Positions 23,628 through 37,200 of a stretch of DNA of 64,000 nt are shown here, in pieces; the first letter of the stretch is position 1, and each line of letters opens with the position of its first letter. A program made the translations under genes and the position numbers. The DNA lies in contig MU008164.1 of NCBI GenBank assembly GCA_010909165.1, forward strand, positions 1,736,001 to 1,800,000, given 5' to 3'. This DNA comes from Anthoceros angustus (lineage: Eukaryota; Plantae; Anthocerotophyta). The notes under the pieces were generated by a model that saw only the letters and a program-made list of their open reading frames with translations, did no database searches and was not told the origin of the DNA.

Positions 23628-26048
23628 TATGTGCATTGACTACCGAGGCCTTAATTCATTGACTAAGCGGAACACTTTTCCTCTACCTCGTATTGATGAG
23701 CTTTTGGAGGGATTGGCTGGTGCTCGGTACTTCACCAAACCAGATCTAGCAAGTGGATATCATCAGATTCGTATTGCTGCAGGGGATGAGGAGAAAACCG
23801 TATTTAATACACGGTACGGCCACTATGAGTGGCTGGTTATGTCGTTCGGGATGACAAATGCGCCAGCATCCTTCCAGACTCTTATGAATAATGTATTTCA
23901 TGGCATGATCAATCGAGGGCTGCTTGTTTATCTCGATGATATTCTCATCTATGGAGCTACCCGTGAGGAGCATGACCAACGCTTAAGTGAAGCGTGATAC
24001 GCGAGCTCATCATCTCTATGTCCAAGCTCAAGTGTGAATTCTTGCAAGAACGCTTGGAGTACTTAGGGCACATTATTGATGCGAAGGTATCCGTAGACCC
24101 GCTAAGATTGGTCATTAGGGATGGCCGATTCTCGGCAAGTACACGATGTCGAGCTTCCTCGGTCTTGCATCGTATTACCGTAAGTTTGTTTCACGGTTTG
24201 CTCATGTGGCTGCCCCTCACCCAACACCGCTTGAGCTTTGGACTTGGGGTGCTGCTCAAGATAATGCTTTTCATGCTATCCAGATGCTTTGGTGATCGCC
24301 TGTGTTGGCATACCCAAATCCGGCCTTCCCTTTTATTGTTATGGTGATGCCTCCGACCTTGCCATCGGTGCGGTCCTTCAACAAGACCAAGGCCAAGGCC
24401 GACCGATTGCTTACTTCTCATGAAGTTGAAGGGTGCCGAGTTGAATTGGACAACGGTGAAAAGAGACTTTAGCTTAGGTCTTGGCTTTAAAGACATGGCG
24501 CTGCAAGTCGGAGATTATCGGGACTCTCATACGGATGCCGATGCCCACTGCTTTGCAAGCCCTTGACTGGTTCTGTGGCGGGATGGTCTTCTTTGGTATC
24601 GTCACCGGCTCTTCATCCCTCAGGTTCCCCATATCCGTCGGGCTTTGATTTCTGAAGCCCACGACGTTCCATCTGCAGGTCATCAAGGTATAAGTCGGAC
24701 TACTTCCACTCTCGATCGGCTCTATTTTTGGCCTCACTCAACCAGACGTTTGAGATTATGTCCTCCTCTCGTAACTCATGCCAACAACAAAGCTTATCAC
24801 CAACGCCTGCTGCTCCAACCCTTGCTGCCTCTTTATTGCCTTGGGAGCAAGTCACACTTGACTTTATAACCGGATTGCCTCGCCGCCGGGCTTTGATGCA
24901 TTGCTGGTCTTCACGGATAAGCTTACCGTCAAGTGCTCCTTGCCCCACTCATCGAGACATGCTGTGAAAGCAACGACTTATTTTTGAAAGTAGTTTATCG
25001 TGCCCATAGCCTCCTCGCTCTCTTGTGAGCGACCGTGATTCAGTTTACTTCCCGCTCGGCAAGCACCGTGGTCTTGGCACCAAGCTGTATGTCTCGCCTT
25101 TCATCCTCGATGATGGTGCTACTGAGCTAGCTAATCAAGTTTTAGAGGATATTCTCCGTGCTTATGCGTGCACCAAGCTCGGTGGCGGACTTTCTCCACC
25201 TCGTTGAGTTTGCCTACAACAATGCCCCTAATGCCTCAACCCGAGTTACTCCATTCTTGTTCAACAAAGGTTTTCACCCTGACGCTTGCCGCTTGCCTTC
25301 CGCCTTGTGTCCCCGGCTGTAGATTTCCTCACCAACGTGTCCAGATTGAGTAGGCTCGTCGCCCATGAAGCCCAAAACCGCCAAGCCACCGCCAATCATC
25401 GCTGCGTCCTCAAGAATTTGCAGTTGGTACCTATGTCCTGGAAATTTGTCCCTTCACGGATTCGTAAGATTTCCCCTCATTTTGTTGGTCCTTACCATAT
25501 CCTCCGTCGCATTGGCCTGGCCTATGAGCTTGCCCTTCCCTCGAATCTCGCATTCACCCTATCTTTCATGTTTCCTTGCTCAAACTTTTTAACGGCTCCC
25601 CACCTTTCCGTCCCAATACATACGTGGTCCGCATATGAAGTGAAGAGCCTTCTCCGCCACCGATGTGTTCGCCATCGGTATGAATTTTAGTGCTGTGGAA
25701 AGGTTTCCCCATTAGCGATGCCTCTTGGGAACCCTTGCCAACCTTTCTCGCCTCTCGACCTTCTTAGTGTCTATGCTCGTTATCATCACCTACATCTTCC
25801 GGCCGAGGCGAAGCCTCTTCCACCGGGGTGAGTTGTCACGGATAAAGTTTGATAGCGCTTAGTCTTCCGCAATTAGAGGCAGGATAATCCGCTGTTTGCT
25901 GTGATCACGGCGAGGCTACCACCATAATATGTGGCATGTACTATGAAAGCCCCGTGCATAAAAGCCCGGCTCCCTTACTAGTAGACAGTCTCTCTTGGTA
26001 CAAGTGTACTCCTACTTGCTCCCTGTTTGCGAAGTCCGGCTCATGACA
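23625..26048 (+). mobile_element. Chromovirus-type Ty3/gypsy retrotransposon, 3' half (RT, RNase H, integrase, chromodomain, 3' LTR)
   Basis: LRMCIDYRGLN...YLDDILIY; HDVPSAGHQG; PWEQVTLDFITGLP; chromodomain YEVKSLLRHR...LWKGFPISDASWEP. The 5' part is missing. Confidence 0.92.
25834..26048 (+). repeat. 3' LTR of the chromovirus (215 bp)
   Basis: TGTCA...TGACA termini, preceded by a short G-rich tract. Confidence 0.75.
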
Positions 26049-26099
26049 GCGAGGTTGTGAACTGGGAAGAGCCCATGACATACAAGCTTAAGGGAGACA

Positions 26100-26720
26100 C
26101 TTGCATTTCTGGCGTATGTACAGCCGAGCGAGGACTCAGCCAAGGGGCCAGGGGGCCTGATTGTCCGTGTCACTTTTGCTCGTCTTTTGAAGGCCTGTGC
26201 AATACCACTGGTGCGTAACTTAAAGAAGGGCAGGCAGCTGCACTTGCCAATTGTGGAAACAGGACAGCTACAAAGTGACATTCTGGTCAGCAACAGCTAG
26301 CCTGGACAGTGGACATGCATGTATGCAAAATCTGACGAACTGCAAGTGGATGCTGGTGCCTTGCAAGGGGCCTAGGGCAGGCATGGAGGACAAATGTGGC
26401 GGAGTGGAAGATGCACGCTAGGTCATTCACGCTTTGGACTCAAAGAGGTGGGGACATGCATATGGAAGGCCCTGATAGCTGGGCATGTAAAGTATATTGG
26501 GAGAAAAGCATCCCGTAGAATCTGGCAGCTTTTGACAGTCAGACATGTCGACGTACATAAATGATGCCTTCGTCGAGATCCAAACCTCCAAAGATGTCAC
26601 CGTGCCAGGAAAGACGATGACGATTGTCAATGTGTGATGCAAGGTGGAACGCCGACACCCGTGTATGCATCACAGTTTTTTAACGGGCCCGCACACAAAC
26701 GAAAAGACATGCTTTTGGGC
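26100..26720 (+). pseudogene. PPR fragments (inverted paralogs of 3400-3620 and 2330-2660)
   Basis: TFARLLKACAI, MYAKSDELQ and KCG..EDAR remnants, with DNA similarity to the named segments. Confidence 0.7.
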
Positions 26721-26999
26721 AGTTGCCTGCTCTGGTGGACAAAAATGCTCTACTCCACCGTGAAGCAAATGCTCTAGATCTAGAGCATCAACCTGTTATC
26801 CAGATAACAGGTTGATCATGGCTAACAGAAACCACACAATAGTTACTGGTACGAGCTCGTCCGTCAGTGCAGGCCCAGGCCAGGTCAATGTCCAGAAGGC
26901 ACTATCTGTCCTTGTACACCGATGTCTTTCCAACCATGTAGAGAACCACCACGGTAGCCATGAGCCCGTATACATGGAGACTCCATAAACAGGAATTCA

Positions 27000-29527
27000 T
27001 ACAATCCTACAAGTGTGTGCGTAAGCCTCCCGACATTAACATCATTGAAACCATATATATCCCATATTTGGACGCGCCGGGTGTTCATATCATCATGGTC
27101 CTATCTATCCTTGGAGGCCTGCCGATGACACAAACACACACACACAGGCTGATCACACTTCTTCCATCACCTTGCACTGGGCCGGGGGTTTCCAGCGGAC
27201 AGAAAAATAAAAAGCCAGTCTGGCCAGAGACCTGCGACAACGGATTCTGCTCGTGTTTGGTAGGACAGTTTATGAACTCTGAACACCGGTCCATCACGAC
27301 ATGTTTTCTCGGAACCACGACTCTTGTCGCTTGCACCTCCCAATCTACCCCTCTGAGGACAATCTCCCAAGTTCTGATATACAGGTGCGCAACTGGCAAG
27401 ACAAAGTCTTAGAGCGGAGCCATCTTCCTCTGCAATAAGAAAAAGGAAAATCAAGGCCCTCTGCATATGCAAAATGCAGGAAACGATTGGCAGCCTTCTA
27501 GACACTTTCGGCTCCGACCAGTCTGAGGTTCTACCCATTCGAGTCAGCTACAAACTTGAACACAGCTTCCAACAGCACACACTTGACAGAGTTGAACTAG
27601 AAACCTGTCAAACACCAAAACCATTCGGCCGGAAGAGAGGGCACGAATATTTGTTCCAGACGAATTCACTCTCGCATTTGGAAATGTGACTCCATGCATT
27701 CTGGAGAAGGTGGTAGCCCACCAAGTGCGTGCACTCCCGTCATGGTCGAGGACAACGTCCGTAGCAACACTGAAATACATTGTATCACCCAACAAGGTTG
27801 CTCCATCCAACCGGATCCTCCGATTCCTCGCCCGCCGCTGATACCTCTGCGAATCGAAGAGCACTTTGTGCAAATGCTCAGGCAGAACCGATACCTTGCG
27901 CCACATATATGGGCTCCTTTCCAGCTCCCAAATCCCAAAATTCACCAAATTGTGCTGGTGGTCGTCTTGTTGAAGGCGCCAAATTCTACCCGCCACGCAA
28001 AGAATTTGCAGATAGCTCTGGGCACCGTATCCATATCTTCATCAGGACCTTGGTATTTCCCATCCCAAATAACTCGGCCACTTTCCAGACAGTGGATGTT
28101 CATCAAGTGGGTCCACTTTGCTTCGCACAGTTGATCAGCACTGCACAAAAGTACTGAGGCCAGTCGTTTTTCCCACTAAGACGGAAAACCAGAGTGGTTG
28201 AGACAGGGCCGTGGCTTTCCAGCTATCATCCTTGGACCTGTAGATGGTTGCAGTTGGTATGCCTCTCTGCACACACAAAACGATGACAGTGAAGTCCCCG
28301 CTTTCTTCCACCTCAAATTGGAATCTCCAAGATTCTGGGTACTCGTGGAAGTCAGCTTCCATGCCAAACTGAGGTGGCAGCTCTTTGAATGTTCTGGTAA
28401 TAGGATTGGCAACGCAGAAACTCATACCTACTGCCTTCTCGCTCTCGTCATCATAATCTCGAGAGCACTTATGTATGTTCTCTGCTGTAAAATACCTCTC
28501 CTCATCCACCCCTCTTCATCCAAAGGCTCCTCCTCCTCCTCTCCTCTTCCTCATCCTCCTCCTCCTCCTTCTCCTCCTCTTCTTCATCCTTCTCATCCTC
28601 ATCATCCTCATCACTCTCTGCATCATCCCCATCCGCATCCCCATCCTCGTTCCAATGCCTCTCCTCGTCTGCATCCGTGTCATCATCCTCCTCCCCATCT
28701 CCGTTGCAATGCCTCCTCCTCCTCCTCCTCCTCCTCCTCTTCGTCTTCATCTGCGTCTTCCTCATCATCCTCATCATCCCCATCCCCATCCCCATTCCCC
28801 ACTCCAGCGCCATAATATGTATTACATACAGACACCGGGAGAGGCTGAGTTTCAAGCTTAGGTCTTTCGGTCTTCGGTTTGTCGAGCTTGAAAATGCAAA
28901 CCAGTCCGTCCTTCACAAGGAACTCCTGGGCTCCGAAAGACTGGAATTTGGGAGGAAGAAAGGACAACCCAAGCTCCAGAACCTCCAACTCCCTGTCTCA
29001 GACGGCGTTTGAGCGGGCGGCTCGAAAGAAGCCAGCTCGCCAAGCTGGTACTGCAGGCTGCACACCGGTCGAGGCTCCACGGAGTCACACAAGCGCTTCA
29101 AATCTGGGGATGCTAAGGAAGACTGCCAGCCCTTGCAGACGATGGAGAAGCGAATGCGGCTGCCCAATGGCAGCCTGGCCAGAACTGTGTCCAGACACTC
29201 TTGGGGCAGATTGCTCCACACACAAGGCTCCATCTCGAAGCTGCATGGATCCAATGGTTCCGCCAACCGCCCGTGCAGCAACTGCAGCTGGAAATGGGGT
29301 TTCCCGATCCATGTTCGGCATGAAGAGCACCTCGTGCTTATGAAGAACATTGGACCTTGGTCCTCCCCATCATCGCCCGCGTTTACATTGGCAGCCCGTT
29401 GCTCCAACCCTCGACCCAGCAAAGCCTCCAACCTCGGATGGGAATCGTCCCACCCTTGATTCCACTCCTTGCATTCTTGGCACAAGCGGTTGATGCGGAT
29501 CCACGATCTCACGTTCACCATCGACAA
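27000..29527 (-). pseudogene. F-box protein paralog with Cys-rich N-terminus and acidic tract, frameshifted
   Basis: ORFs 28913-29527 (CQECK...CSSCRTWIGKPHF...WSNLPQECLDTVLARLPLGSRIRFSIVCKGWQS), 28683, 28135 (FCVANPITRTFKELPP) and 27544. The last exon is probably at about 27430-27000. Confidence 0.87.
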
Positions 29528-29929
29528 TTAAGCCAAGACACTGGGGACGGTGTGAAGTTCTCACTCCCGGACACGGGGACGGTGCGAAGTTCCCACTCCG
29601 GCGGCGGAAACACTCTCGGCGGGGAAAGGAGAAACGTCGAAGATTTATCAAGTGGTCTCCACTCAAATCACTCTGACAACAGAGAGTGTGGGCGCGCCAC
29701 GACAACAGAGAGTGTGGGCGCGCCACGACAGACATGTCAATTTAGGGCTTACTCATCATGCGCTTCCTCTTTTTCAGGGTTGGTTTGAGGCCAGGATTGC
29801 CTCTAATGTCAATGTGACAAAACCAACATGTGCAAACCTTAAATTTCAATGTGACAAAACCACCATGTGCAAACCTTAACCGCCAACGTCACCGACGAGA
29901 TACGCACTGCCCGCGCGGGAAATGCGAGA

Positions 29930-31090
29930 CTTGCTTCACCAGGAATGGAAAGCCGGTGTACCAGTGCTTGGGCACCTTCCGTTCAGCCAATACACATTAA
30001 TGTCGCATGGCTGTGTTGTTCATGAAAGTGAGCCCAGAGGCTCCTCTTCACGGAGTGTGCCTTCTCACCTGTGGAGTGGCCACAGGTACGATGATTTCAG
30101 TAATAGCAATTCGTTTAGTTGAGGGAGTAGCGTCCTTACCATGTAATTCTGCAGGCCTGGGAGCTGCTTGGAAGAGTGCCAAAGTGCATGCTCGATCAAC
30201 TTGTGGCCATCTTTGGCCTTGGAACTGTAGGACTAGCGGTAGGACTTTCATGTGTCCCTCTGGCAAGAGTGAATCCTCTGTGCGCTCTGCTCTGGTCGTC
30301 TGCATCCATTGACCTGATCGTGTGTTTGTGGCAGGTGGCTGAAGATGCCCGAGTGGCTGGAGCTTCTGGGATCATTGGAGTTGATGTGAGCCCAGAGAAG
30401 GCTGCACCAGGTAAATGTCATGAATGTCACTCTTGCTGTAGTAGATAGATGGTGGGCTTTTAATGGTGACGAGCCTCATGTTCTCCCAGGTCATGTTTTC
30501 GGAGCCACAGACTTCGTCTATCACGACAAGCCCATTCACCAGGTAGACAGACATGGAGTACAAAGTCAGCAGTTTTTCTTGCACCTCTGGCAAGGATGTC
30601 GACACGGAAGCGGAGTCTGGACCGGATATTTCAGGTGATCGCTCATATGACAGACGGAGGAGTGGACTACGCCTTTCAGCGTGTGGGGACCATCGACCTC
30701 ATGCAGGCCGCTTATGAGTGTCCCCACAAACAGGTATGGGGTGTTGCTGTGGTGATGGGGATCGCAAGTGCAGGCCATTCCATCAGTTTCAACCACCGGC
30801 TGCTCTTCACCGGCCGGATCATCAAAGGCGCAGTCTACGGAGACTTCAAAGGACGATCAGACTTGCCCGGCCTAGTTGACAAGTACCTGAGAAAGGTAAG
30901 ATGTAAGTAACATGGTGCGGCTGTCTGGTGCCCAACATAATGATGGCATGTTTGCAGGAATACAATCTTGACGACTTTGTCACTCACAACTTCTCCCTGT
31001 CTCCAATCAACAATGCGTTCGAGCTCATGAGGCAGGGAAAAGGCTTGAGATCTGTCATTCGTCTTGCTGAAAAGTTCGGAGAAACAATTT
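29930..31090 (+). pseudogene. Zinc-dependent alcohol dehydrogenase (plant ADH family), 3' half with introns
   Basis: VCLLTCGVATG, VAIFGLGTVGLA, GASGIIGVD, MTDGGVDYAF, GRIIKGAVYGDFKGRSDLPGLV, INNAFELMRQGK. GT-AG introns retained; the N-terminal Zn-binding half is absent. Confidence 0.9.
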
Positions 31091-31331
31091 CCAGTTTCAT
31101 CAAATCGGTCTTGTTGTTGGTTACGGGAGCCATGGTAGCTTCCCGTGTAGCTTCTTACTGTTTCCCTTGTGTTAAAGCTGGTCTTGTCTACAGCGTCAGC
31201 GTTTGTCCGCATTAGCTAGCTCCTGCTGTTCTAATACAATGAACTTTGTCATGTGAGCACGCAAGTGGAGTGGTAATACTCCTGGCTGATGGGGTTGTCA
31301 AAGCTGTACATGTGTGGATCCAAGGTTTGAG

Positions 31332-31369
31332 TTCATGGTCGGTTGGCGGATCCGCCAACCGACCATGAA
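31332..31369. repeat. Perfect 38-bp spacerless palindrome within a small F-box remnant
   Basis: TTCATGGTCGGTTGGCGGATCCGCCAACCGACCATGAA equals its own reverse complement. Confidence 0.97.
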
Positions 31370-31559
31370 AGACTTTCAGCATGAACTGGGGTTTCCTGAT
31401 CCATGCTCCTCACTTTGAGCGGCTAGGTCTGTATTCATCACCTCCGTCTTCAGAAGACGCCGCACGAGAAGTCCTCTCCACAGAAGAGTCCGACGAATCC
31501 CTTTCTTGGTTGTCTTCACATTCGTAGTACAGCTCCAGGCTCGTGACAAACGTCCAGCT

Positions 31560-31950
31560 GCTTTACCAACTACAAAGATATCTGGCTGTCCTGTGCTCCC
31601 AAACCCAGGATGAAATGTCCTCCGCAACCAACAAGAGCAGCAAGTGGCACAGCCACAAGTGATAGGGAATCAATTCCAATACTCTGGACAGACAGTGTTC
31701 CAGAGACCGTTCCAGCATCCAGACTCGCACAGCTCCATCCAATGAGCTGGAGGCTGTCGAAGCCTCGGAAGCAGCAGAACATAGCCAGAAATACAAGTGT
31801 CTGCTCGTCCCAGCTCACAACCTCGCCTCCACTTCCCTTGCAAGGGCTTGTATCCCCACAAAATTCTAACCCCATCGGCGCTCCCTGATAGCAAGAGTAT
31901 TTCACCATGCATGTTCCTCTATTGCACATAGAGGCTCCCTCCACATGCAC
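31560..31950 (-). pseudogene. Possible WD40-repeat gene fragment
   Basis: SSSLDGAVRVW and LLLSGSADGVRILW resemble WD40 repeat ends. Very degenerate. Confidence 0.4.
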
Positions 31951-32129
31951 ACCGTCTGCTCCACACTTGGAGTCCATCCCTTCACGCGTTCCATTGTTGG
32001 CATGTCACATTGTGAAGGCCTAGCTAGGGCTTCTGGTCCGTGTTGTATTCGGCTTTCATTGTCGGCGCTCTGGGTTGTGCCTACCATCACTTGACACTCA
32101 ACACGTGATATACTTGGCTTCCACATAAT

Positions 32130-32830
32130 TCATCTGGCCAATCCTGTTGGAATCTTGAAACACGACTTCCACCAATAGCTGCAGCTTCAGAGTGCCATTC
32201 ACTGCTACTTCTACAAGGGGTAATGTGTCGCGCAGAGTTCACACACGAGGAGGGAGGCCAGCGCGCCCAGGTGAACTGGGGCGATATTCAACATTGAAGG
32301 AAGGGGGTGCTTCTCGTGCTCTCAACCAAATTTACTTCAGACCTTTTTGCACGAAACGATTGGCAGCCTTCTGGACACTTTCGGCTACTTCTCTCCGGTC
32401 TGAGGTTCTACCCATTACATCATCAAGGAACTTCAATGGACAAAGCTTCCAACAGCAGGTACTCAACTGCTTGATCGTCTATTCTGCAGACTTATCGAGA
32501 CTCTGAACCCTTGAGCTTCACCTCCGGACTTTGAGCCGTGTCCTAAAGTGCACATGGACTACACACACCTGACACAGTTGAACATGGAAACGTGTCAAAC
32601 GCAGAAATCATTCGGTAAGAAGAGACGGTGCGAATCGCTCCAGAATAAGGTACTCTCACCTTTGGAAATGAGACTCCATGCATTGTCGAGAATGTTGTAT
32701 CCCACCAAGTGCGTTCACAACCCCTCTTCAGGGTCGAGGACAGTGTCACTAAAAAAATAGTGAAGTAGATGGTATCACCTAACAATCTAACAAGGTTGCT
32801 CAATCAGCTACTTCACCGTTGCTACTGACA
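32130..32830 (-). pseudogene. F-box paralog, C-terminal remnant
   Basis: LLGDTIYF..., homologous to 15370-15920 and 11060-11420. Confidence 0.7.
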
Positions 32831-34231
32831 TTGTCCTCGGCCTTGTCATGCACCCTTAATGTCATCCAATGCTCGCCATATATCTGGGTCCATAAGAATC
32901 AGAAAATAATTACTTTCATACTCACATGCCTACCTATATGTTGCAGCTATACACATAATTCACTTTCGCACTAGTACCCTGCATTCGCTGTGACACACAC
33001 AACTTCAAAATTGCAACACTCTTTGGTGGCTTGGTGTTCAGGGTGTCAATTTCTTATCCACCTTCTCACACCATCTTAACACAATGCTTGGTCTCTCTCC
33101 TCTCACCTCACCCTGCTAGTTATCGCTCCCCTTATCACACCCATTTTATACTCAATCACTTCTTCTCCTCCATCATGACTGTGAGAAGGAGCTCACAACC
33201 ATTTTATACTCTTCCCCTCTTCCTCTTGCAACATGATTGTAACAAGGACCTCTCTCTCCCCCGGGGGTATCCTTCTCTTCCTATTTTATCTCCTTTGCAT
33301 ATCCTTTGTATACGTATATATGTATATAGGCTTCAAGATATAAGTATGTGTAAGTATGTGTACATATATATGTACACATCCTTCTGTTATACTCATATTA
33401 TACTAGTGTACTTATATTTACCTCAGTTGTATATATATATACGTATATAGGCTTCAAGACTTGTTTATGTACTAATATGTATGTGCTAACCCTTATGTCA
33501 CTCTCATACCTTGCATATATATATGTTTGATTTTATTGACAAATTAATTGGAATTTTTGGACACTTCAAGCGTCCTCTATCCCTTTCAGCTTTGTTGCCA
33601 CCGATGCCATTGGCTTTGACTACGAACATGTCGTCTTCCAAGTGATATGAACATATCGTCTTGCGCAATCTGAACATGTGCCTCGAATCAAGCGACGCGA
33701 CGTCACTTGGTGACTCTTGGACCAACACCATTGTTTTCGGGGTTCCTCCACAACTTCCTAGACCTATCCAGCGACCTCAATTACCACTTTGACGGCAGAA
33801 GACCCCTGTAAATGCTGGGCTACAAAGGTGGGAAGACCAATTCCCTCTGTTTATTGCTGATTGACCATCACCGGTCCACCCATGCACTGGCGACTCCAGC
33901 GTCTGCAAGAAAATGGCTCTGAACATTCACATCCCCCCTCCACAAACGGCCCACCTGCCACCGTTGTTTTCCAGATTGCATTCGGCATGCGCTCCCGCAT
34001 TAATCTCGAGGATGCCAGAATCCCAGTGGTGGCTCCCGTGTACCATCTCCAACCAAGGTTGGCCCAAAATTAGATTATATGCGGAACCAGGTACTTCAAC
34101 GACCGTAAACCCAATTCTCACCTTGATCCTATGTACAACTACCTTCACGTTCTCTATTACCCCGAGGACGGGTAGTGGGGTGTTTGAGGCATCCCTGAAG
34201 ACTTGTGGGCAAGCGATTCTTCTTGTGGAGG

Positions 34232-37200
34232 TGTGGAACGAAGACTTTTGGTCACCCAAGACGCGGCAGGAGAGACTGACGCGTAGGATGGGTAATGGTT
34301 GTTCAGGCAGGTAGGTAGTAGGTAGGTCGATAGCAACAGGTAGGAAGCTGGAGGGACGTCCGAAGGAAGTTCGGGCCTTAACTGAATCGGCGTTTCGGTC
34401 CGGTAGGAAGTAGGAGTAGATAGGAGCATCTATAGGCATGATAGGTTCCATAAAGTTCCTTGGACCATGGGAAGTAAGAATATTCGGGAGTAAGAAGTTC
34501 CTTGGCCTTTGAAGTATTCAGGTTCTGCATGGCTATATATGCCAAATAGGGCTAGTTAAGTTGTAAATAGAAAGTAGCTGCAGGAGTTTTGGACCGGACA
34601 CATGGCGGCCATCCGGGAGGAGCGCAATTAAGGCAGATTTGCATGTACCGCAAACTCGGTTAGCTGTGGTTTGAACGGGCGCCAGCGAACCGCAGTCAAG
34701 GCGAGGGGAGTAAGTGGAGTTGCGCTCGAAGGAGGAAGGCGGCAGTGAGCCTACCGATTGCGCCAAGGCAAGTCGAGGGGAGTAAGTGGAGTTGCGCTCG
34801 AAGGAGGAAGGCGGCAAGGCGAGGCGCGAGTGGAGGCGCCAAGGGAGGCGAATGTTGAGAGGCGCCGAGGGGAAGAGCTTGAAGGCTACCGCATCAAAGG
34901 CGCAAGGTGGAGAAGTTGCTGGAGGGGAGATTGAAGGGGCCAAGGTCACCTCTTGGTGGTTGCGCTGAGGCTGACGAGGAGCGGAAACACTTCCCTTGCT
35001 GTCTCTCACCCAAACCACCACCTCTTTGCTCTCCACTCTTAGCCCGATAGATTACTTTCCAAACTCTCCAATTTTGCTATCCTTGTGTGTGCTCCCCTGC
35101 GATGGTGAAGATAGTGAGGACGGGAACGGGATACGCCCACGGGAGGAAACCTCCGCCACACCGCCCACAAAGGGAAAAGGGAAGAAACACCCACCCCGAA
35201 GTTCGAGTGTAGGCCGCCCAAATTTCACCTCGAGATTTGAGGCGCTCGAGCGCGCGCCCGAGATGAAGATGGAATGGTCAGATTTGGTGCCTGGTGGCAC
35301 TTTGCCCCGCCTTGGTTCGAGTGTGCGCGACGAATGCGAGTGACCAAGGCGACGGCCAATTCCGAGGATGCGACAATCAAGTCATCCCGGGATGTGGAAG
35401 GTACATTTCGTGGATACGATTTGATACCTAAGCCCACAAGGGAGGGATCATTCCGCAGCCTCCAAGAATCGATCCCGAGGAGGTTATGAGTATGTTCCTA
35501 CGACCAAAGGAGGAAGTATGGTCGCAAGGCAATGGCTGGAGGATCTCTTTGTTCAAGGAGCGGAAGTGGAATTTATTCGCCAAGATATGGCTGACTAACG
35601 GCGCAGGAAGACGACTGGAAATTCCCATTTAATGATGATATATGAGATGTCCTGTGGAAGTTGGTGGATTGGGCCACCATTCTCAGTATGAACAAAGCGG
35701 TTGACCGAAACCATTTGGTGATGGAGGGAGCAAGAATCGCTTTGTCTCTACCTTCCTCGACACCTATATCGAGGGAGGAGGTTCTTACCGACGAGGAAGA
35801 AGCCAAGATAGAAGCTACTCCGTGAGGGTGGTGGAAGGAGAGCCATCACCGCCCTGTGAGGATGAAGAGGGGCGAGGCCCCGGGCAAGAGACCGCCACGC
35901 CCGCGAACCAACATGAGGCCTCGTGGATCGTGAACCCAACAAGAGAAAGGGAAGAGGCTATAGAAGAACCTCCTACGGAGGAAGGAGGAAAGGATACGAG
36001 ACCACCTACCGAGGGTTGAGGATTGGTAGGCCGACAACCAAAGGGGGAGGAATGGAACCTCCTACCAAGGGACCTGTGGAAGGATGGAGGACCTACGGTA
36101 GGAACTTTACCTCCTACCAAGAAGTAGTAACAGCAAGACTGATGGAGGCGAGAAGAACGCCGAGGGCAGACCCACGCACCAACGGGAGGAGTGGAGGAAG
36201 TGTTTTGAGAACGCCGCATCCTACAAAGGGTAGTTGCCGAGAGGAAGTGGGCGCAGGATCTATGGACGCCCTAGTGACCGTGTCGGAGGTGGCCAAGTTC
36301 GTGCTGAACTTCGAGACCTACGAAAGGAGCCGGAGGATGCCGAGAAGAAATTGAGAGGAGCTGAAAACCACCTCCGAGAAGCAACACTGCTAGATCCGCC
36401 AAAGAGCGACAGATGACCACCAAGTTGGTGAATGTGGGAAATGATTGACTGTGTCTTAGGACAGAGGCAAAATCGCCAAGAGGCCGAGGAGTTGGAAACC
36501 GCCAGAAGGAGGCGAAGGAAAGTTGGAAGCTACCTAGCAAGGGTAGGACACATCGAACGCAGCAAGGAGGAGGCAAGATTCACCGCTAGCAAGGCCCTGA
36601 GACCTTGAAGACGAGAAGGACCTCCTACGAAGAAGTTAGTTGCCATGGAGCAACGGAAGGAGCATTACAAGGAAAATACGACTTGGTGAAGGAACGACAA
36701 GGATGGGACAATGTGACCAAGGGTCACAAAGAGGAGCTTCAGACACGAGAGAACTTTTGGAGCAACAACGAAGAAGGCCGACGACCTTACCCACGCCTAT
36801 GAGGAGGCAAGGAACCGAAGGAAGTTTTGATGGCCCAACGATCTTTGGAGGGTCTTCGTGTCATTCGAGGGAGCAAAGGGCGATCACGCTATAGTGAAAC
36901 ACATGGCAATGGAAGCCATGGAGAAAGATAAGGAGATTGGGAGGCTTGCCCCGGAGTTGGAGGGAGCGATAGTGGAGAAAGAGGCCGCATTGGTAGGAGT
37001 GACAACAGCCGGTGGGACGAAAAGGCCATCCCACTAAGGGTCCGCATCATGGACGACAAAAGAAGGAGAGTGGTAGGGTGGCGACCTACTACAACAACCT
37101 CCTAGAAGCGATTGAGGAACGCCATGGAGGAAGACGAAGAAACGGACCTCACCGCTCGACAAGTGGAATGGCAGCCGAGGTCAAACTTTGAGTTGGTACA

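Noticed and set aside
23527-23997. ORF suggesting an RT with a novel N-terminus
   Set aside because: The first ~32 codons are the non-coding 3' terminus of the YR element, fortuitously in frame.
19790-26048. DIRS-like retrotransposon (YR next to RT)
   Set aside because: The RT belongs to a chromovirus with its own DDE integrase, chromodomain and LTR. It is cut at the YR element end, and copy 2 contains no recognisable RT.
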